Below, piece after piece: positions 18,277 through 29,970 of a stretch of 64,000 bases of DNA; the first letter of the stretch is position 1; every line of letters starts with the position of its first letter. The DNA comes from Chlamydiia bacterium (GTDB taxonomy: Bacteria > Chlamydiota > Chlamydiia > Chlamydiales > Rhabdochlamydiaceae): assembly GCA_963804085.1 (NCBI GenBank), contig CAWDOQ010000017.1, positions 160,001-224,000 of the forward strand, given 5' to 3'. The notes under the pieces are model-generated. The model was not told the origin of the DNA. It did no database searches and was given only the letters and a program-made list of their open reading frames with translations. The position numbers were made by a program, and so were the translations under genes.

Positions 18277-19779
18277 ATGAACGCCTTAGAAGAATTATCG
18301 GATCTGAAAACGGAAAATCAAAAACTACGCGAGACAGTCGATGCTCTTAAAGAGCAACTGGAATGGTTGCGTCGTCAGATTTTTGGCAGGCGCTCGGAAA
18401 AAGATCTTCGTAATCTCGATGAATCTCAACTGAGTTTTAATGGATTTGCTTTAGAAAAATCCATTCCAGAAAAGCAAGTTATCAAAAGCCATGAACGTGT
18501 AAAGCAATGTCGTAACGGTCAAGATAAAATCACCCTTCCTCCTGACTTGCCCGTGGAACGCACTGTCATCGACCTACCAGAAGAGCAAAAGAAGTGCCAA
18601 GAGACAGGGACACCTCTTGTTAAGATCGGAGAGGAAGTGTCTCGTAAATTAGCCCATAAGCCTGGCTCTTATTTTATCAAAGAAATCGTCCGACCCAAAT
18701 ATGCTCATCCTCAAAGAAGCGAAGAGGGAATCAAGATAGCCGATCTTCCATCTTCTCTTTTATCACGCTGTCAAGTAGATGATAGTTTTTTAGCTGAGCT
18801 TTTAGTTAAGAAATATGCAGACCACAATCCTCTTAATCGCATCTCAGAAATCATGTCTAGAGATGGGATTTTTATCAGCCGCCAATTGTTGTCCCAATGG
18901 GTTATAAAATGTGGCATTGCGTTAAAATCCTTATGCGATGAGATGACTCGCCTGATACTGAGCAGTGAAAATGTCTTCATCGATGAAGTGCCCATCAAAA
19001 TGCTCGATCCTGGGATGGGACAAACCAAAATCACTTACATGTGGGTCCTAAGTGGAGGCAAAGAAAGCAATCCCTCTTGCAGAGTTTATAACTTTAGAAC
19101 TAATAGACAACACCATCAAGCTGCAGAGCTTTTGAAGGGTTATCGTGGTGTAGTGCACTCTGACAAATATGGAGCCTATGAAAAGCTGGCTGCAACAAAG
19201 CAATTTACTTGGTGTCCATGTTGGGTCCATATTCGCAGAAAATTTATAGAAGCCGAGCATGGCGATAAAGACCTTCGCGACACAGTGTTGCATAAGATAC
19301 AAAAACTTTTTCAAATAGAAGAAATCGCATGGACAAAGTCGCCTGAAGAGCGACTACAAATAAGACAAGAACTTGAAGTTCCCATTATTGATGAACTCAC
19401 AGAACTAATCAAAACTCGGCTGCTATCAGGAACAGTATTGCCTAAATCCAATTTTAAAGAAGCATTAGGGTACTACTGCAGCTTGATCTCATACTTAAAA
19501 AATTACACCCTTCACCCTTGGGCCCGGTTGGACAATAATGTCGCAGAGCGAGCCGTGAGACCGCTTGTATTGGGTCGTAAGAACTGGCTCTTTCTAGGAA
19601 GTAATGATGGTGGGGAAGCAGCAGGGGTCATTTTATCTCTGGTGCAGACCTGCCGGGCATTGCATATAAATCCTCGCGTGTATCTCGAAGACATAATGCG
19701 TCGTCTCATGGACCACAATGCGCAAAAGCTGGAAGAGCTTTTGCCTCATAACTGGATCAAGAACATACCCAATAACTGA
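18277..19779 (+). CDS. tnpC: IS66 DDE transposase TnpC
   Basis: Leucine-zipper N-terminus FGRRSEK, IDE, HSDKYGAY, CWVHIRRKF, DNNVAERAVRP, GRKNWLF. Confidence 0.95.
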   Translation: MNALEELSDLKTENQKLRETVDALKEQLEWLRRQIFGRRSEKDLRNLDESQLSFNGFALEKSIPEKQVIKSHERVKQCRNGQDKITLPPDLPVERTVIDLPEEQKKCQETGTPLVKIGEEVSRKLAHKPGSYFIKEIVRPKYAHPQRSEEGIKIADLPSSLLSRCQVDDSFLAELLVKKYADHNPLNRISEIMSRDGIFISRQLLSQWVIKCGIALKSLCDEMTRLILSSENVFIDEVPIKMLDPGMGQTKITYMWVLSGGKESNPSCRVYNFRTNRQHHQAAELLKGYRGVVHSDKYGAYEKLAATKQFTWCPCWVHIRRKFIEAEHGDKDLRDTVLHKIQKLFQIEEIAWTKSPEERLQIRQELEVPIIDELTELIKTRLLSGTVLPKSNFKEALGYYCSLISYLKNYTLHPWARLDNNVAERAVRPLVLGRKNWLFLGSNDGGEAAGVILSLVQTCRALHINPRVYLEDIMRRLMDHNAQKLEELLPHNWIKNIPNN

Positions 19780-19832
19780 TCAGTCATATCTGAATTAAAT
19801 TTTTATTCAATATGGCCTCATTTGACGCATAC

Positions 19833-19853
19833 CGCACGCGGGCACGGGCACGT
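19833..19853. repeat. Hexamer-arm palindromic element, copy C (right part)
   Basis: cgcacgcgggcacgggcacgt completes the arm. Confidence 0.75.
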
Positions 19854-19858
19854 ATAGT

Positions 19859-22800
19859 TTATTCTTGATGAGTGAGAAGCTCGGTCTCTTTGCGCTCTTC
19901 GCGCTTATGGAAGTATTCCAGAAGCGGAGCAGCAATGAAGAGAGACGAAAGGGTACCAAATACCACCCCAACGCCCATCACAAGAGCAAAGCCGAACAGG
20001 GTGCTACCACCCAATGCGACTAAGGGGATAAGGACAAGCAGCGTAATGCCGGATGTCATCATCGTGCGGCTCAAGGTGACGTTTAGCGCGTGGTTGATTA
20101 CCTCTTTGAAGGAGGCTTTGTGGATCAGGCGCAGGTCTTCGCGGATTCTGTCAAAGATGATGATCGTGTCGTTCAGCGAGTAGCCGACGATTGTCATCAA
20201 TGCTGCAACAGTATTTAGATCGATTTGTATCGGCACTCCAAACGCATGCAAGGCCGCAAGAACTGCTATCGTGAAGATGACGTCGTGCGCCAAGCAAATG
20301 GTGGCAGAGATCGCATATTTAAACTCAAAGCGTGCAGTGATGTAGAGCAGGATGCACAAAAGAGCAATCATAAGACCGATGATTGCGCTATTTCGCATCG
20401 AATCGGACATCTGGCCGCTCACCTCTGCCCAGTTGGTGTTGAGTGTCTCAAGAGAAGCGGGGGTCGGACTTAAGCCAGCTTTTGAGAGTGCTTGTACAAT
20501 CCAGACGATCCGAGGATTGTTTTCGTATAGATAGCCCAACTCTTTTGTTTCGGTCTCTAGCGGCATGCCAAAGAAGGGTCTACCCGATTCTTGCATACTG
20601 CGGCTTAGAAAGAGGCGGATATTGTTGGCGGGAGTGAGCTCTCGAATCTGAAAATCTTGAGCGGTCGCGCCTGCTTGGACAAGGGCAGTTTCTACAGCTT
20701 TGCGGTAGTCGCTTCCCTGTTTTGGCGTAAGCTCAAAGCTAACAGCATATCCTCCGGTAAAATCCATACCCAAAATGGTGTGGCGTTGAGAGAGGAAGAA
20801 GTAGCCGCCCACGAGGATGACAAGTGTCGAGAAGATGAGCGTGGGTTTAGAAAATTTCAAGAAATTAAACTGGCTCGATTTGATCCAATTGGACATCTTG
20901 AGTGCTTTGTGCTCAGGATTTTGTACCCATCCGGCAAAGAAGTAGCGCGTTAAAAAGAGTGCGGTGAACATCGAGGAGACGATACCGATGATCAGCGTGA
21001 CAGCAAAGCCTTTGATTGGTCCCGAATCAAAATGGAGAAGAATCAGCGCTGCGATGATTGTGGTGGTGTTAGAGTCGATAATCGCAGAAAAAGCCTTGCG
21101 GTAGCCTGCGTGGACAGCCTGTGCGATGCGTCCTGAGAGTTGAAACTCTTCGCGAATCCTTTCAAAGACGAGGACGTTAGCATCGACTGCCATCGCGACA
21201 GTCAGAATGAGTCCCGCTATCGATGCGAGCGTGAGAGTTGCTTGTAAGTTTTGCAGTGTCGCCCACATGATCAGCAGGTTGAAAATAACGGCAACAGATG
21301 CGACAAGGCCGCCAAAACGGTAGTAGGCGATCATGACGCCGATGACAAGAGCTAGCGCTATCGCCATTGCCCAAATGCCTAAGCTTCTTTCGTGTGCGCC
21401 GAGCTCCGGGCTTACATTCTTCTCAGAGAGAATATGAGGTGTAAAGCTCAAGGATCCCGCTTTTAAATCGGCTTCTAGCTGATTGACTTCGCGCTGCGTG
21501 AAGCTGCCGGTGATCATCGCGCTATCTTTTAATGCAGAATCTAGCGTCGGAGAGCTGATGATCGAGCCGTTTAAAATAACGGCCATGCGCCAGCCTCTTC
21601 CCTTTGAAAAATTCTCTTTGGGAGTGCCCGTGATCTTTTCCTTGGCAAATTGGGAGGTCCATGCGTAAAGCTCGTCTCGAGCTTGGCCGCTTTTTACGCT
21701 AAAGCCGAGGAAGTTGCCCTTGGATGGATCGTAGGAGGCGTGGACATCATTTAAGTTGGATCCTTCGAGTGCAAAGTTGCGGAAAACAATCATGAGGGGA
21801 TGGGTCTGTCCTTGCCAATCCGTAAAATCATCACCGCGGATAATCGCAAGTCGCGAAAAGGAGTCGTTGAAAGCGCTGCTGCTACTTGGATCGAGAGGGG
21901 ACGCGAGTTTGAGACCATTGTCGTGCAGGGCTTTAGCAGCGTCTGAGCGTGGTTTTACCACTTCAGGGTCGAAGGAGTCGCCATGGATATGTTTCCACGC
22001 GATCATCTGGATCTGTTCGGCATCTTTTCGGTTGGTGACGACCGCTTCATTCCAGACATCTTGCAAAAAGCGGTTCACGTTTTCGGCAAGCGCCGGGTTG
22101 TTAAGAGAGAACTGTTCGTTGACGATGTGGAAGTACATCGAAGAGGCTTTTACAAGCTCTGCAGCAGAAAGTCCTTGAGAGCCGGGGAAATCAAGAGTGA
22201 TCGTGTTGCCCTCTTGACGGATGCTCACTTCTGAGACGCCCATCTTATTGACGCGCTTGTAGAGTTCGTTGACACCTTGCTTGAGATCTTCTTCTGCAGT
22301 TACAACTCGGTTGTTTCTGTCACGCAGCTCGATTTGGACGGTTTTACCACCCGAAAGGTCCAAGCCCCAGTGTAGGATCTTGCGCTCGTCGCCACGGAAA
22401 TATTTAACAAAGCTTAAACAGAAGTTGCTCCAGAGAGGGCTCTTAGTCGGCTTGGGCACGTCGTAGCGCGAAACGCCTTTGATATCGAGCTCGGCTGCGT
22501 TGTAGTCGTCGCGCCATTTGAGGAGATCTTCGTGAATGCGTGTGTCGATCTTGTTCTCTGTAAGAAGGCGCTGCTCGACATCGGTAAATTCTAGAACCGC
22601 AAAGCGTTTGGTCCCGTGGACAGTGAAATCTTCGCGCGTCGCTTTGAGAATCGTCTGAAAGTAGTCCTCTTTTTCAAAGATAAAGTCGCTAGCATATTCA
22701 GGGCCAAGGGCATAAGAGGAGCCTGCATAGCCAAAAAAGCCATTCTTTTGTAGCAGATCACGCAGAGCGTAAAAGTCGAACAAAAATTGCTTAGCTTCTT

Positions 22801-24364
22801 CCGATTCGGGGTTTTGGCGCACGCGTTCTAAAATTTTATCCAGCCCTTTGGCGATGACGTAGAGAGAGTTCATCCGGAAGCCCTTAGGAGGCATCTTGTT
22901 GTACTGAGAGGGGGCGTAGATAACAAGCCCGAGCTTCTGTTGATCTAGGGGGAGAGACTGATAGGTATTATAGTCCAAAACAGGGAACGCCTTGCGGCTT
23001 AAATCCTGGTGTTTAGGGAGCCAGTTAGCGCTAAGAGCGGTTTGAACCTGAGTCGCTTCTGCTTGTGCCACGCTTCCCAAACGCATCGCTAAAAAGCTCT
23101 TGCTATTTGGCAGCTGGTTGAGCGCAATTTCAAACTGTCCTTCTGTGGGAGAGATCGTCTCACGGGTCTGACGAGAAGTGGTCGCGATCTGATTAAAGAT
23201 AAATTGATCGACCTGGTCGGAGAGATAGCTTTTCTCTTTGTTTTTCTCGAGAGTGGTCTTGAGTGCGAGGATATCGGCGTAAGGGCGCAGATAGATCTTT
23301 TCGTTTGCCCAATCGATCACGATCTGTTCGATAAACGGGTTGCGATTCTGAAGAGAGATTACTTGCAGATTGCTCGCCTGCTTAAGAGCGCTCTCTTGCA
23401 GAACGGCGCCAAAGGAGTTGTAGTTCCAAGGAGTCGCTCCTGCAGACATTGCATGCGTCTGTCTTTTCACGATGGCTTCTGCGGAAGTAAGGGTCTCCTC
23501 AAAGGAGGAGAGCTGCTCTAAACGCAGCTTTTTAACGCCGTCTGCTGTCTGTCCTTGAAGCGCGACCTTCTCCAATCGGAGCTGGTCCTTCATCTGTTGC
23601 ATGGCGAGTAAAAGATCTTGGATGCTCTTGGCGTGGTTGCCCGTCTCGCTTTGTGTGAAGCTTGCGAAATAACGTGCTGCAATCGGGCCCTTCTCTCCAA
23701 ATGTTTTAACAAATGAAAGAATGTTTTGCGAAAGCTGGAGGATAAGCTCTTGTACTTGAGGATCGCGGACACTACCTGCTGCACCGCGGACATACTCAGC
23801 ATTTTCGCTTGCGCCACCCAAAGAGATTCCCACTTCCAGAGCGCGGTCATTAACAAGTGCGCGATAGAGGTCGGTAATTTTTCCTTGAGCATCTGTTTTA
23901 GTTGAAAATTGGAAGAACTGGCTAGCTTGTTTTGCATCGAAATGTAAGGGAATGCGTCTTTGGACTGTCACACTCTTGCTTGAAGAATCATCATTGTAGA
24001 GACCTAGCTGCGCGGGAGCAAAAGAGATCAGAGCGCCGGCTCTTGTAAGATGCTGGCGGAAAAGACCCGCTTCTGTGCTGTTTTTAAAGGTGAGCGTAAC
24101 GAATTCGGGCTGCTTCTCATCGAACGCGATCGTCTGGGGTTTTAGCCGCAAAAGAGAGCAGTAGGAGCGAAGCCAGGAGAGAGAGTCGTTTTCTAAGCTG
24201 TTGACGCGCTGGCCGATAGCGACGGAGATCTCATTCGCCTTCTTCTCATCGACCGATTTGTGCAGCGGTTTTGCATAATAAAAAAGGGTAGGAAGGATGT
24301 TGTAAATCGTTAAAACTACAACGGCGCAAATCAAAAAGAACTGCCAACGCTTTTGTTTTTCCAT
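19859..24364 (-). CDS. secDF: Fused SecD-SecF translocase subunit (chlamydial long form)
   Basis: WGLDLSGG, MAVDANVLVFERIREE, GMDFTGG, GYSLNDTIIIFDRIRE; 1501 aa. Confidence 0.96.
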   Translation of the reverse strand: MEKQKRWQFFLICAVVVLTIYNILPTLFYYAKPLHKSVDEKKANEISVAIGQRVNSLENDSLSWLRSYCSLLRLKPQTIAFDEKQPEFVTLTFKNSTEAGLFRQHLTRAGALISFAPAQLGLYNDDSSSKSVTVQRRIPLHFDAKQASQFFQFSTKTDAQGKITDLYRALVNDRALEVGISLGGASENAEYVRGAAGSVRDPQVQELILQLSQNILSFVKTFGEKGPIAARYFASFTQSETGNHAKSIQDLLLAMQQMKDQLRLEKVALQGQTADGVKKLRLEQLSSFEETLTSAEAIVKRQTHAMSAGATPWNYNSFGAVLQESALKQASNLQVISLQNRNPFIEQIVIDWANEKIYLRPYADILALKTTLEKNKEKSYLSDQVDQFIFNQIATTSRQTRETISPTEGQFEIALNQLPNSKSFLAMRLGSVAQAEATQVQTALSANWLPKHQDLSRKAFPVLDYNTYQSLPLDQQKLGLVIYAPSQYNKMPPKGFRMNSLYVIAKGLDKILERVRQNPESEEAKQFLFDFYALRDLLQKNGFFGYAGSSYALGPEYASDFIFEKEDYFQTILKATREDFTVHGTKRFAVLEFTDVEQRLLTENKIDTRIHEDLLKWRDDYNAAELDIKGVSRYDVPKPTKSPLWSNFCLSFVKYFRGDERKILHWGLDLSGGKTVQIELRDRNNRVVTAEEDLKQGVNELYKRVNKMGVSEVSIRQEGNTITLDFPGSQGLSAAELVKASSMYFHIVNEQFSLNNPALAENVNRFLQDVWNEAVVTNRKDAEQIQMIAWKHIHGDSFDPEVVKPRSDAAKALHDNGLKLASPLDPSSSSAFNDSFSRLAIIRGDDFTDWQGQTHPLMIVFRNFALEGSNLNDVHASYDPSKGNFLGFSVKSGQARDELYAWTSQFAKEKITGTPKENFSKGRGWRMAVILNGSIISSPTLDSALKDSAMITGSFTQREVNQLEADLKAGSLSFTPHILSEKNVSPELGAHERSLGIWAMAIALALVIGVMIAYYRFGGLVASVAVIFNLLIMWATLQNLQATLTLASIAGLILTVAMAVDANVLVFERIREEFQLSGRIAQAVHAGYRKAFSAIIDSNTTTIIAALILLHFDSGPIKGFAVTLIIGIVSSMFTALFLTRYFFAGWVQNPEHKALKMSNWIKSSQFNFLKFSKPTLIFSTLVILVGGYFFLSQRHTILGMDFTGGYAVSFELTPKQGSDYRKAVETALVQAGATAQDFQIRELTPANNIRLFLSRSMQESGRPFFGMPLETETKELGYLYENNPRIVWIVQALSKAGLSPTPASLETLNTNWAEVSGQMSDSMRNSAIIGLMIALLCILLYITARFEFKYAISATICLAHDVIFTIAVLAALHAFGVPIQIDLNTVAALMTIVGYSLNDTIIIFDRIREDLRLIHKASFKEVINHALNVTLSRTMMTSGITLLVLIPLVALGGSTLFGFALVMGVGVVFGTLSSLFIAAPLLEYFHKREERKETELLTHQE

Positions 24365-24441
24365 GCTTATAAGTGTCCAGTTTAAACTAGCAGAGAATAC
24401 GACCCGACAGCGATTCTGTCCAGTTAAATAACTAAAAGTTC

Positions 24442-24543
24442 TTAACGTGCCTGTGCCTCTGCCCGTGCCCGTGCCTGGGTTGAGAGATTATTGAAAAAAA
24501 GTAAGATCGGGCACAGGCAGAGGCACAGGCAAAGGCACGTTAA
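24442..24543. repeat. Hexamer-arm palindromic element, copy D
   Basis: ttaacgtgcctgtgcctctgcccgtgccc...gatcgggcacaggcagaggcacaggcaaaggcacgttaa; AT-rich spacer differs from copies A-C. Confidence 0.85.
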
Positions 24544-24627
24544 AGAGTTATACAATTTAATTCTTTGCCATTAAAAAAAATTAGGTGGGCAAATACCCCT
24601 TCGGTTATGCTATACCGTTGAGCCTAA

Positions 24628-25944
<1,317 letters not shown>

Positions 25945-25947
25945 ATT

Positions 25948-26736
25948 ATGGAAACACTCGTCGAAGAAATGATGGAAGAGATGACGCTTACTCAAGAGTC
26001 TCTCTTTTCTCCACAAGAGTTCTCTCTTCTCGATCCCACGCGTATCCCGCGCCATGTCGCAATTGCGATGGATGGCAATCGTCGGTGGGCAAAAAAACGG
26101 TTTCTTCCTGCAGTGGCAGGACATTGGAAGGGAGCAGATGCGCTCATGCGCACTGTGCGCGCCGCTTCTAATTTAGGCATCAAAGTGCTCACTGTCTACA
26201 GCTTCTCTACAGAGAATTGGAACAGATCACCTGATGAAGTGCATGAGCTAATGCACCTCTTTAAGGTCTATTTACGACGTCAAAGAGAGAGCATGATTAA
26301 AGAAGGGGTAAAACTGGATGCGATCGGAGACATCTCCCGCTTTCCCCAAGAGGTACAAGATGTGCTGCAAGAGAGCAAAGAGGCGACAGCAGGCGGCGAT
26401 AAGATCGAACTGGTCCTCGCATTAAATTACGGGGGACGAGACGAACTAAAAAGAGCCGTTGTGGGATTGGTAGAAGATATCGAAAAGGGACTCGTCTGTA
26501 AAAATGATGTAACCGAAAGTCTCATCGCGCGCTATTTAGATACCGCCAAATGGGGAGATCCCGATCTACTGATTCGCACAAGCGGAGAGTATCGCCTTAG
26601 CAACTTCTTGCTCTGGCAGCTCTCTTATGCAGAGGTCTATTTCACACAAACATTATGGCCGGATTTTAAACCAAAAGATCTATTGGGAGCTGTTTTAGAT
26701 TACCAGCAGCGTGGCCGTAGATTAGGAGGCGGGTAA
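25948..26736 (+). CDS. uppS: Undecaprenyl/isoprenyl diphosphate synthase
   Basis: HVAIAMDGNRRWA, FSTENWNRS, LNYGGR, IRTSGEYRLSNFLLWQ. Confidence 0.96.
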   Translation: METLVEEMMEEMTLTQESLFSPQEFSLLDPTRIPRHVAIAMDGNRRWAKKRFLPAVAGHWKGADALMRTVRAASNLGIKVLTVYSFSTENWNRSPDEVHELMHLFKVYLRRQRESMIKEGVKLDAIGDISRFPQEVQDVLQESKEATAGGDKIELVLALNYGGRDELKRAVVGLVEDIEKGLVCKNDVTESLIARYLDTAKWGDPDLLIRTSGEYRLSNFLLWQLSYAEVYFTQTLWPDFKPKDLLGAVLDYQQRGRRLGGG

Positions 26737-27611
26737 TGAAAACAAGATTTAGAAGGCTTGCAGACCTCAATCGTAGGCTGGTCGTCTCCATCATCACTAT
26801 TTTTTTTGTCTTCTGGCTAATCGCCTTCTCTTCACAGCCCTGGGTGAGCGTTATTCTCGTGCTTACTGTCGCGGCCCTTGCCGGAGTGGGTGTGTGGGAG
26901 TATGCCCAGCTCGCTATTGCTAAAGATCTCAAACCGGCAGTGCGACTGATGATTCTTCTCGGGTTTTTCGAGGTGATCGCCTTTTTTATTGCGCACAAGT
27001 TCTCTAGCTTCTCGCTTCTACCTCTTCTGATTCTGCTCTTAGGCGTGCTGCTCTTCTTTCTTTTTCATTTTAGAGACAAGACAAATGCTTTAATCCATAT
27101 TGCTGTGGAGTCTTTTGGCGTCGCCTACGTCTCGATCCCACTCTGCTTCATGCTGGCTCTTCTCTACCCGGTGACCGGCCACGTTCTTCCACAAGATGGC
27201 AGATGGTGGCTCGGCTACCTGATCATCGTGACCAAGATCACCGATGTGAGCGCTTATTTTGTCGGCAAACTCTGGGGACGCCATCGCCTGGCTCCCGTTT
27301 TAAGCCCAAAGAAGACAGTAGAAGGAGCCGTTGCTGGCTTCTTATGCGCAGCTATCACGAGCGTCCTCTTATCCTATTTTGGCAAACACTTTTCTCATGG
27401 TGTCTTTCAGCTCGGACTTTTCGATGCGATTTGGCTTGGAATGACGCTCGGCGTGCTCGGTCAACTCGGCGATCTTGCCGAATCACTCCTCAAACGCGAT
27501 GCGTTTGTAAAAGATAGCAACAGACTGCCCGGTATTGGAGGAGTGCTCGACATGTTAGACTCCCTTCTCTTCACAGGTCCTATGATCTACTTATTTTTAA
27601 AAATGCAATGA
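26736..27611 (+). CDS. cdsA: Phosphatidate cytidylyltransferase
   Basis: SPKKTVEG, GDLAESLLKRDAFVKDS..LPG.GGVLD. Confidence 0.95.
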   Translation: MKTRFRRLADLNRRLVVSIITIFFVFWLIAFSSQPWVSVILVLTVAALAGVGVWEYAQLAIAKDLKPAVRLMILLGFFEVIAFFIAHKFSSFSLLPLLILLLGVLLFFLFHFRDKTNALIHIAVESFGVAYVSIPLCFMLALLYPVTGHVLPQDGRWWLGYLIIVTKITDVSAYFVGKLWGRHRLAPVLSPKKTVEGAVAGFLCAAITSVLLSYFGKHFSHGVFQLGLFDAIWLGMTLGVLGQLGDLAESLLKRDAFVKDSNRLPGIGGVLDMLDSLLFTGPMIYLFLKMQ

Positions 27612-28936
27612 TTGTCACCATTGATGGCCCTGCGGGCACAGGAAAAACCACAGTTGCAAGACGAGTAGCAGAGGCCCTCTCTTTTTCCTATTTCGACACG
27701 GGGGCAATGTACCGCGCCTTCACCTGGCTTGTTCTAGAAAATAAAATCGAGCTCACCAATCTGAAAGCCATCGAACAGCTGCTCGACTCTTTTTCCTTTA
27801 ACATAAAAAAGGTCAATCAAGAGAAGCGCTATTTTGTAAATGATATCGATGTAACAGAGCCAATCCGCTCTCAAGAGGTGACGGGTGCAGTTTCTGCAGT
27901 AGCTGCACTTCTTCCTGTAAGACAAGCTCTTTGGAAGATCCAGCGCGCTTTTGCAGAAAACAGCGATGCTGTGTTCGAAGGACGCGATCTGGGCACAGTC
28001 GTCTTCCCTAAAGCCGAGATCAAGATCTTTTTAACCGCACGTCCAGAAGTGAGAGCCGAGCGCAGACTTAAAGAGATTATCGCAAAAACTCCTGCAAACG
28101 CAGCTCGCCTCAATCAAGATCTGATGCTGCAAGATATCATGCGAAGAGATGAGATCGACTCCACACGCGAACACGCTCCTTTGAAATGTCCTGAAGATGC
28201 TCTTACTATCGACACTTCAGATCTTACGCTCGAGCAGGTAGTCCAACGCGTCTTAGAGTACAAAAAAAGCAAATACCCCGAGAAGTATGAGAAGGGTAAC
28301 CTTCTCTATCGCGCAATTCTCACAGGCGCCAAACTCTACTTCAAAATCTTCTACCGCCACAAAGTCTACGGAAGAGAGCACTTCTGCCCGGGCGGAGCGA
28401 TCATCGCAGGCAACCACGCCTCCTTCTTCGACCCACCCATTGCTGCGATCTCCTCCCCGCAAGAGGTTCACTTCTTAGCGCGCGAGACACTCTTTAAAAA
28501 TCCTCTCTTTGGCGGGCTGATCCGCGCTTTAAACTCCCATCCTGTGAGCGGCGACCCCAGCGACATCGGTGTCTTTAGACTGATCACCTCGCTCCTAAAA
28601 GAAGGAAAAAAAGTCATTCTCTTCCCTGAAGGTCAACGCGCAAGCCAAGATGCGCTCGGAGTCATCAAGCCCGGCATCGGCATGCTCTTGTCACGCAGTG
28701 GCGCTTTTGTCCTTCCGATCTATATCCATGGAACGTTTCAAGTCTGGAACCGTTTTATGCGCCTGCCCAAACTCTTTGGCAAGACCGCAAGCGTCTTCGG
28801 CTCGCCCATTCGCTGGGAGGAGTTTGCACACCTAGAGAAAAAAGAGGCGCAGCGCGCCTTTGCAGAAAGACTCACAGATAGCCTCACCCGCCTGCGCAAC
28901 TGGTACGAAGAGGGTGCCCACGGCACACCTCCCTAA
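27608..28936 (+). CDS. cmk-plsC: Fused cytidylate kinase / 1-acyl-sn-glycerol-3-phosphate acyltransferase
   Basis: N-terminal IDGPAGTGKTT, DTGAMYR, EGRDLGT; C-terminal NHASFFD, FPEG; single open frame. Confidence 0.9.
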   Translation: MIVTIDGPAGTGKTTVARRVAEALSFSYFDTGAMYRAFTWLVLENKIELTNLKAIEQLLDSFSFNIKKVNQEKRYFVNDIDVTEPIRSQEVTGAVSAVAALLPVRQALWKIQRAFAENSDAVFEGRDLGTVVFPKAEIKIFLTARPEVRAERRLKEIIAKTPANAARLNQDLMLQDIMRRDEIDSTREHAPLKCPEDALTIDTSDLTLEQVVQRVLEYKKSKYPEKYEKGNLLYRAILTGAKLYFKIFYRHKVYGREHFCPGGAIIAGNHASFFDPPIAAISSPQEVHFLARETLFKNPLFGGLIRALNSHPVSGDPSDIGVFRLITSLLKEGKKVILFPEGQRASQDALGVIKPGIGMLLSRSGAFVLPIYIHGTFQVWNRFMRLPKLFGKTASVFGSPIRWEEFAHLEKKEAQRAFAERLTDSLTRLRNWYEEGAHGTPP

Positions 28937-28939
28937 ATT

Positions 28940-29574
28940 TTAAGTGAAAAACAAGGTCTGAATCATGAAAGTGCTGTTGTTGGCGATATGCGCAGCGCTA
29001 GGGGCGATGATATCGCCTGTTGTCTCTCGCAAGATGGAAAGAACGCAACCCCAGAGAAAAGTAAATACAAACATAATAACGTTTGTCCATCCCTGCTCTG
29101 GAAGATAGATGTATGGATCGTGAAGGCAAGACCGTTTAGTAGAACCATTTCCACTTTGCCCCAAAAAGTATCGGGACCATGGCCAATTCCGTGCACAATT
29201 GTTGCAGATAAATCTCTAAACAACTCTCGGAATATGAATTCCTCGAAAATCGGACCCAGAGCCACGATGTAAACACCCAAGACCGTCTTTAGAGGAATCG
29301 AGAAAAAAGCAGGGAGTTCACCGAGCTGATCCCATATTTGCATCGCATCCTGTTTAGGCGATATGTCGCATCCATAGGAGACCAAAAGGTCAGATACACC
29401 CTTAACGGCCAGGCCTATCAGCGGCGTTACCACTACAAAAGCTAAAACGCCGAGCGCCACCTTTCCAATCTTGATCGCACTCTCTTCCGAGATGCAGTCG
29501 CAAGAGAAAAAAGAGCAGGCTTTCTCCAGTTTGCGGAATGCGTACGGAGTATGATTATTTGTTACAGCTGTCAT
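28940..29574 (-). pseudogene. CPBP (Abi/CAAX-protease) family membrane protein, frameshifted
   Basis: GPIFEEFIFR in one frame and HD...AHIANN in another; shift near 29125. Confidence 0.75.
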
Positions 29575-29645
29575 AATAAAAATAATTTACGCAATTATAC
29601 GGCATTTGCATTTTAATTAGTATTAAATGAATTAATATAAAGAAG

Positions 29646-29729
29646 TGCGGCTAAGATGACTCGAACATCCACCGGGTTGCCCCGACTAGAACCTGAATCT
29701 AGCGCGTCTGCCAATTCCGCCATAGCCGC
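29646..29729 (-). tRNA. tRNA-Leu (CAG)
   Basis: GCGGCTATGGCGGAATTGGCAGACGCGCTAGATTCAGGTTCTAG...GTTCGAGTC..TAGCCGCA folds as a cloverleaf with a long variable arm; CCA not encoded. Confidence 0.95.
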
Positions 29730-29970
29730 ATAAAAACGAGAAGTATAGCCCGCTCCCCCTCCTCATTTCAAGAGAAGAGTCACCATCCTCTTTTGCCAGA
29801 AGAGCAAGAAACATATAAGAGAGACTGAAGTAAAATCTTAATTACGGATGGTGAGAAAGCATCAATCTCATTGTTTAAACTTTTTGTTATTAATATTTAT
29901 AAATAAAATCAGCATTTGTTTGTTTTATTTTTATTATTTTGTTATAATTGCTGGAAATTACGAGGCAATC

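Larger units (their letters stand above)
17835..19832 (+). mobile_element. Complete IS66-family insertion sequence (1998 bp)
   Basis: 24-bp terminal inverted repeats GTAAGCGTCAAATGAGGCCATATT with one mismatch; 8-bp target duplication CGCACGCG at 17827-17834 and 19833-19840. Confidence 0.95.
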
